From Halorutilales archaeon Cl-col2-1 (GTDB lineage: Archaea; Halobacteriota; Halobacteria; Halobacteriales; Afararchaeaceae): DNA of 64,000 bases. The notes beneath the pieces are model-generated. The model searched no databases. It was not told the origin of the DNA and worked only from the letters and a program-made list of their open reading frames with translations. Below, piece by piece: positions 59,984 through 64,000 of this stretch (within the stretch, counting starts at the first letter, position 1; each line of letters starts with the position of its first letter). The stretch spans positions 1,280,001 to 1,344,000 of the forward strand of contig CP169074.1 of the NCBI GenBank assembly GCA_041891055.1, in the 5' to 3' direction. The position numbers and the translations under genes were made by a program.

Positions 59984-60437
59984 ACTCGTAGACTAAGAGA
60001 TTCTCTCCGCTAAAACGTCTCATCTCGACGACCTCGAATCCTCTTTCTTCGAGAGCTTCACGTAGAGACGCACCCGACTCGGCGACGGCGACACGAACCG
60101 GGGCGTCTTCGTCGTCGGCTACTTCGAGAGGCTCGTCGAGTAGAACCCGAAGAGTATCGTCCTCGCCGTCTCCAACCCCGAGGTGGTGTATAACTACCGA
60201 CTCCGTGTCGGGACGTACCTCGTAGCTGACGTATCCTATTACCTCGTCCTTGCTCTCGTCTTTGTCTTCGTCTTCGTCTTCGGCTTCGACTTTAGTCTCA
60301 GCCACCTTGATACTCCTGTCGTGTACCATGTCCTTGACGGAGTCGACCGATAGGCTTTCGTCGAGGACGTCTTCGGAGGCTATCTCGGCTATGCGTTCGG
60401 CGTCTTCCTCTGTGGCGTCTCTTATACTAATACTCAT
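59973..60437 (-). CDS. GNAT-fold protein
   Basis: IRDATEEDAERI, VIGYVSY, ERGFE patterns. Confidence 0.6.
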   Translation of the reverse strand: MSISIRDATEEDAERIAEIASEDVLDESLSVDSVKDMVHDRSIKVAETKVEAEDEDEDKDESKDEVIGYVSYEVRPDTESVVIHHLGVGDGEDDTLRVLLDEPLEVADDEDAPVRVAVAESGASLREALEERGFEVVEMRRFSGENLLVYEFTP

Positions 60438-60852
60438 GGCTCGCATCTATCCTAAGGTTCCGTCTGTGTGTGGCTAACGACTCGACATCGTAGACCTCCT
60501 TTGCGCTCAGGCTCCGGAGACGCCCCCTGTAACGTGTCACGGGTGACACACCGTAAGCCTCTAGGAGATCCTTGAGCTCCGAATGTAACGTGTCGCCGTG
60601 TTCGTCCCAGTCGGTAAGTAGAACCGCGGACGAGTACGACGTCGATATATGTACCGCAGTCTCCGAGAGGCTCCTCCCGTTTCCGCTCACCCGAACGTAG
60701 TCGGCGTCGATACCCAGGTCACGGAGAGCCTCCTCGTCGTTACGCCCCTCTACGACTATGACGGCGTCGTCGGACTCGGCGTTTATCTCGTCGAGGACAG
60801 AGTCGAACCGTCTCAGACGTTCACGGGGCGTCTCCCAGTCCATGCTATACAT
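60427..60852 (-). CDS. Small TOPRIM-domain protein (RNase M5-like)
   Basis: IVVEGRND and LLTDWDEHG. Confidence 0.88.
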   Translation of the reverse strand: MYSMDWETPRERLRRFDSVLDEINAESDDAVIVVEGRNDEEALRDLGIDADYVRVSGNGRSLSETAVHISTSYSSAVLLTDWDEHGDTLHSELKDLLEAYGVSPVTRYRGRLRSLSAKEVYDVESLATHRRNLRIDASHEY

Positions 60853-60944
60853 ATGACACAGGGAGTCAAAAGTCTCACGCGTGGCGTCGTGTCGCGCGTT
60901 GACAAGACGAAGAGTTTTTGTCGTTCTGAGACCGAGTCTGAGTA

Positions 60945-61199
60945 ATGCCAGCCGTCGTACGTGAGGAGGACTGTATAGGGTGCACCAAGTGTGAGAAGGT
61001 GTGTCCGGTCGATACCATCGAGATGGTGAAGGGAGACGGCGCTGACCGGGGTAACGGAATGGTGGCTGTCGTAAACGCTGACGGCTGTGTCGGATGTGCG
61101 GAGTGCCTGATTGAGTGCCCCGTCGACTGTATCTACATGGATCACGACGCGGATACGGACGCCGAAGAAGACGTAGACCAAGACTACATAAGTATATAA
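60945..61199 (+). CDS. 2[4Fe-4S] ferredoxin
   Basis: Two CxxCxxCxxxCP motifs. Confidence 0.93.
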   Translation: MPAVVREEDCIGCTKCEKVCPVDTIEMVKGDGADRGNGMVAVVNADGCVGCAECLIECPVDCIYMDHDADTDAEEDVDQDYISI

Positions 61200-61203
61200 A
61201 AAT

Positions 61204-62403
61204 ATGCGTACAGTAGTAAAGTTCGGAGGAACGAGCGTAGGATCGGGTGAGCGTATAAAGAGAGCCGCCGAGTCAGTCGCCGAGGAGAGGAGGAAGGGTA
61301 ACGAGATAGTCGTAGTCGTCTCGGCGATGGGAGACACGACCGACCATCTCATAGACGAGATGGAGGCTGTCGGGGTAGACGAGTCGGAGGGTGAGGACGC
61401 CAACGAGGTCGTGAGCATGGGGGAACGCACCTCAGTGCGTCTCTTCAAAGCCGCACTCGAAAACCTCGGCGTCGACGCGTCTTTCGTCGAGCCAGGCGAC
61501 GCCAACTGGCCGATTATAACTGACGAGGCGGGGGAGCTAAACGAGGACTCAACTTCGGCAAAAGTCGCAGATCTCGCCGAGTCTCTCGAAGACGAGGTCG
61601 TAGTCGTCTGTGGCTTCTTAGGAGAGACACCCGACGGAAGACTAACGACTCTCGGAAGAGGAGGAAGCGACACCACGGCGATGATACTCGGACGTTACCT
61701 CGACGCCGACGAAGTCGTCATAGTCACAGACGTCGACGGTGTAATGACGGGAGACCCGAGTAGTGTCGAGGGCACGAGTACGATAGACGAGATTACGGTC
61801 AACGAGATGCAGGATCTCTCCCTGAGGGGCGCACAGGTGGTCGCACCGAGCGCTCTGAGATACAAGAGGGATGGAACGGGAGTACGTATAGTCCACCACA
61901 AACACGGCGACCTCAACGCCACGGGAACCGAGATAGTAGGAAGCTCTGACAGCATGCACGAAGTAGATCTACGTGACAGTCCGGTAGCCGCCGTTACGGT
62001 GGCAGGGAGTAATATTCTGGAGACACCCAACCTCTTAGCACGTCTCTCGACGGCGCTGGGTGACGAGGACATAAACATCTTCGGCGTCTCAACGGGAAGC
62101 GACTCGATGTCGTTCTTCGTCGACGAGAACGTCGCCGACGAGGCTGAGTCGATACTCCACGGAGAGGTCACAGACGGTGACAGCCTCTCAAGCGTGACTC
62201 TCCGTGAGGAGATAGCTATGGTCGTGATCACGGGAGGCGAGTTCATAGAGACGCCTGGAGTGATCTACGACGCGATACGCCCCCTCAGAAAGAACGACAT
62301 AAACATAATAGAGCTCCTTTCGAGCGCGACCTCTATAGTTATATTCATCGACTGGGACGAGGGCAAGAGGGTGCGTGACCTCGTAGAGTCAGTCTACGAG
62401 TAA
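61204..62403 (+). CDS. lysC: Aspartate kinase
   Basis: VKFGGTSV, VVSAMGDTTD, TTLGRGGSD, TDVDG; two ACT domains. Confidence 0.95.
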   Translation: MRTVVKFGGTSVGSGERIKRAAESVAEERRKGNEIVVVVSAMGDTTDHLIDEMEAVGVDESEGEDANEVVSMGERTSVRLFKAALENLGVDASFVEPGDANWPIITDEAGELNEDSTSAKVADLAESLEDEVVVVCGFLGETPDGRLTTLGRGGSDTTAMILGRYLDADEVVIVTDVDGVMTGDPSSVEGTSTIDEITVNEMQDLSLRGAQVVAPSALRYKRDGTGVRIVHHKHGDLNATGTEIVGSSDSMHEVDLRDSPVAAVTVAGSNILETPNLLARLSTALGDEDINIFGVSTGSDSMSFFVDENVADEAESILHGEVTDGDSLSSVTLREEIAMVVITGGEFIETPGVIYDAIRPLRKNDINIIELLSSATSIVIFIDWDEGKRVRDLVESVYE

Positions 62404-62450
62404 ATACAAAGAAGCAGAGACAGAGAAAAGACTACGAGACAACTACCAAA

Positions 62451-63662
62451 GTGATACCGAGACAGAGGATAAACGACCGTACTGTCTTCGCCTCAGTCGT
62501 CTTCGTAGTCCTTCTGGCTCAGGTTCTCCTCTATCCCGGAATAGACAGACTAGTCGAGTCTCTAGGGGCTGAGACACGTCTCAACGCGAGTATGTGGTTC
62601 CTCGTCGCCGAGTTCGCGGCTTTCGTTGTCTTCGCGGCTCCGTGGGGTGCGGCGAGCGACGCAGCGGGCAGACGTGTCCCCTTCATAGTCGTCGGATCAG
62701 TCGGGGGCGCGGTGTCGTATGTTCTGATCGGCGTGGTTCCCAGCAATCTCGATGTCTCGTTCGCTGCTATTCTAGGACTCCGTCTTCTCCAAGGGGCTTT
62801 CACGATAGGTGCTTTCTCTCTCGCTATGACTACTCTGATGGATCTCGAAGGTGGACACGGACGTAACATGGGTGCGGTAGGTGTCGCAGTGGGTCTCGGA
62901 ACGGGACTCGGAGCACCCCTCGGCGGACAGCTGTACGAGGTCGGGACTCTCGTGCCGCTCTACACAGCCGCGGGGCTCTTAGTAGTCGCAGGAGGCTCGA
63001 CCGTCCTAGTCGAAGACACGCAAGACTCGGGGTCTGAGGACGACGGAGACGAAGGAGACGACGACGGTATGAGAGAGATACTCAAGAGCCTCCACGAGAC
63101 ACCGTCGCTCGGAATACCCTACGTCTTCGGCTTCCTAGACAGGATGACTGCGGGCTTCTTCGCCCTCGTTGGAACTCTCTACTTCCGAACCGTCTTTGGT
63201 CTGAGTCCGCTTGAAACCGGTCTAACACTCGGACTCTTCTTCTTCCCATTCGCCGTCCTCCAGTATCCCTTCGGAGTAGTCTCCGACCGGATAGGCAGGG
63301 TCATCCCCGTCGTACTGGGATCTCTTCTCTATGGAGTCGCCGTGATAGGCGTGGGTGCGGCCCCTACGGTGAAGTCGTCACAGGCTACTCTCGTCGTAGT
63401 CGGTATCTTAGGTGCTCTGATGACGCCTGCGACGATGGCACTCGTAACCGACCTCGCGGATGAGACGAGGAGAGGCGTGGCGATGGCAGGCTTCAACATC
63501 GCAGGGAGCATCGGATTCGTCACCGGAATACTCGTCGGAGGCACCGTCGCCGACGAGTACGGATACCTCGAAGCCTTTGTGGTGGCTGGCGGCTTCGAGG
63601 TCATCGTGGCTATCGTCGCTGTCGTACCCCTGCTGAGACTCGACATACCGTCTCCGTCTTAG
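62451..63662 (+). CDS. MFS transporter
   Basis: About 12 TM helices; GAASDAAGRR and GVVSDRIGR motifs. Confidence 0.9.
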   Translation: MIPRQRINDRTVFASVVFVVLLAQVLLYPGIDRLVESLGAETRLNASMWFLVAEFAAFVVFAAPWGAASDAAGRRVPFIVVGSVGGAVSYVLIGVVPSNLDVSFAAILGLRLLQGAFTIGAFSLAMTTLMDLEGGHGRNMGAVGVAVGLGTGLGAPLGGQLYEVGTLVPLYTAAGLLVVAGGSTVLVEDTQDSGSEDDGDEGDDDGMREILKSLHETPSLGIPYVFGFLDRMTAGFFALVGTLYFRTVFGLSPLETGLTLGLFFFPFAVLQYPFGVVSDRIGRVIPVVLGSLLYGVAVIGVGAAPTVKSSQATLVVVGILGALMTPATMALVTDLADETRRGVAMAGFNIAGSIGFVTGILVGGTVADEYGYLEAFVVAGGFEVIVAIVAVVPLLRLDIPSPS

Positions 63663-63679
63663 AATCCAAAACCAAACCG

Positions 63680-64000
63680 GTGAACTACCCCGACCTAATC
63701 GGATTCTTGAGCTACTTCCGTAGCTCTACAATTTCAAGCGAAGCAAAGCTTCGCGTACTCATCGAGAATCTCCGATTTTTCGAGACATTAGGAAGGGGCT
63801 TCCTGCATCTACCACCCTACTTGCAGATACAGTAGTAGTCGAACTACTTGCTGCACCCACAGAGGCAGGAGTGTCCACAGGAGTAACTTCGGCTTGTCCC
63901 AAGCCTAGCTCGTTCAGTCCCCGTTGTAACACGTTACGGCTAGCGTTATAGTCGCGGTCAGCCGTATAGCCACACGAAGGACAGCTATGCTCCCTTACCC
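63680..64000 (-). mobile_element. tnpB: IS200/IS605-family element: tnpB 3' end and right end (partial)
   Basis: Minus strand encodes VREHSCPSCGYTADRDYNASRN (Zn finger and RuvC-III); right end GGGGTAGTTCAC. Confidence 0.88.

Noticed and set aside
57640-63646. Long alternative-frame and antisense ORFs (e.g. 57640-58191, 58711-59538, 60813-61676)
   Set aside because: They overlap well-supported genes and have the Ser/Arg-rich composition typical of shadow frames.

Overview
Haloarchaeal DNA (acidic proteins, archaeal tRNA without encoded CCA, ISH-type IS5 elements). Bases ~55,130-64,000 are GC-richer core genome: ASH-Ski2-like helicase, CutA, site-2 protease, toprim protein, ferredoxin, aspartate kinase, MFS transporter and the end of an IS605/TnpB element. 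Everything left of tRNA-Glu(CTC) (55055-55129, minus strand) is a lower-GC accessory island with five tyrosine recombinase genes. Its centrepiece is a ~23.7-kb block (23263-46411) resembling a non-canonical Dpd (7-deazaguanine DNA modification/defence) system. It encodes two TGT paralogues with intact catalytic motifs (one fused to an ArcS-like domain), a DUF6884/YaaA-like protein, a YhhQ-type preQ0 transporter, a GHKL ATPase, GIY-YIG and PLD nucleases, two giant DUF1998-type helicases, DpdG/H/I-like genes and an embedded PIN/Panacea-like pair. The block is bracketed by two directly oriented 11-6-11 dif-like sites with identical spacers and mirror-image accessory boxes, next to a small Xer-like recombinase, suggesting an excisable defence cassette. 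Other notable items: a TPR gene with 15 near-identical 105-bp repeats that vary mainly at ligand-groove codons; a pair of tubulin-like (FtsZl1/Tubulin_2) genes; pentapeptide-repeat membrane proteins; a candidate structured ncRNA with a mini-tRNA element; MITEs; and ~45-bp hairpin insertions riddling an IS5. All family assignments come from motif recognition by eye, not database searches.
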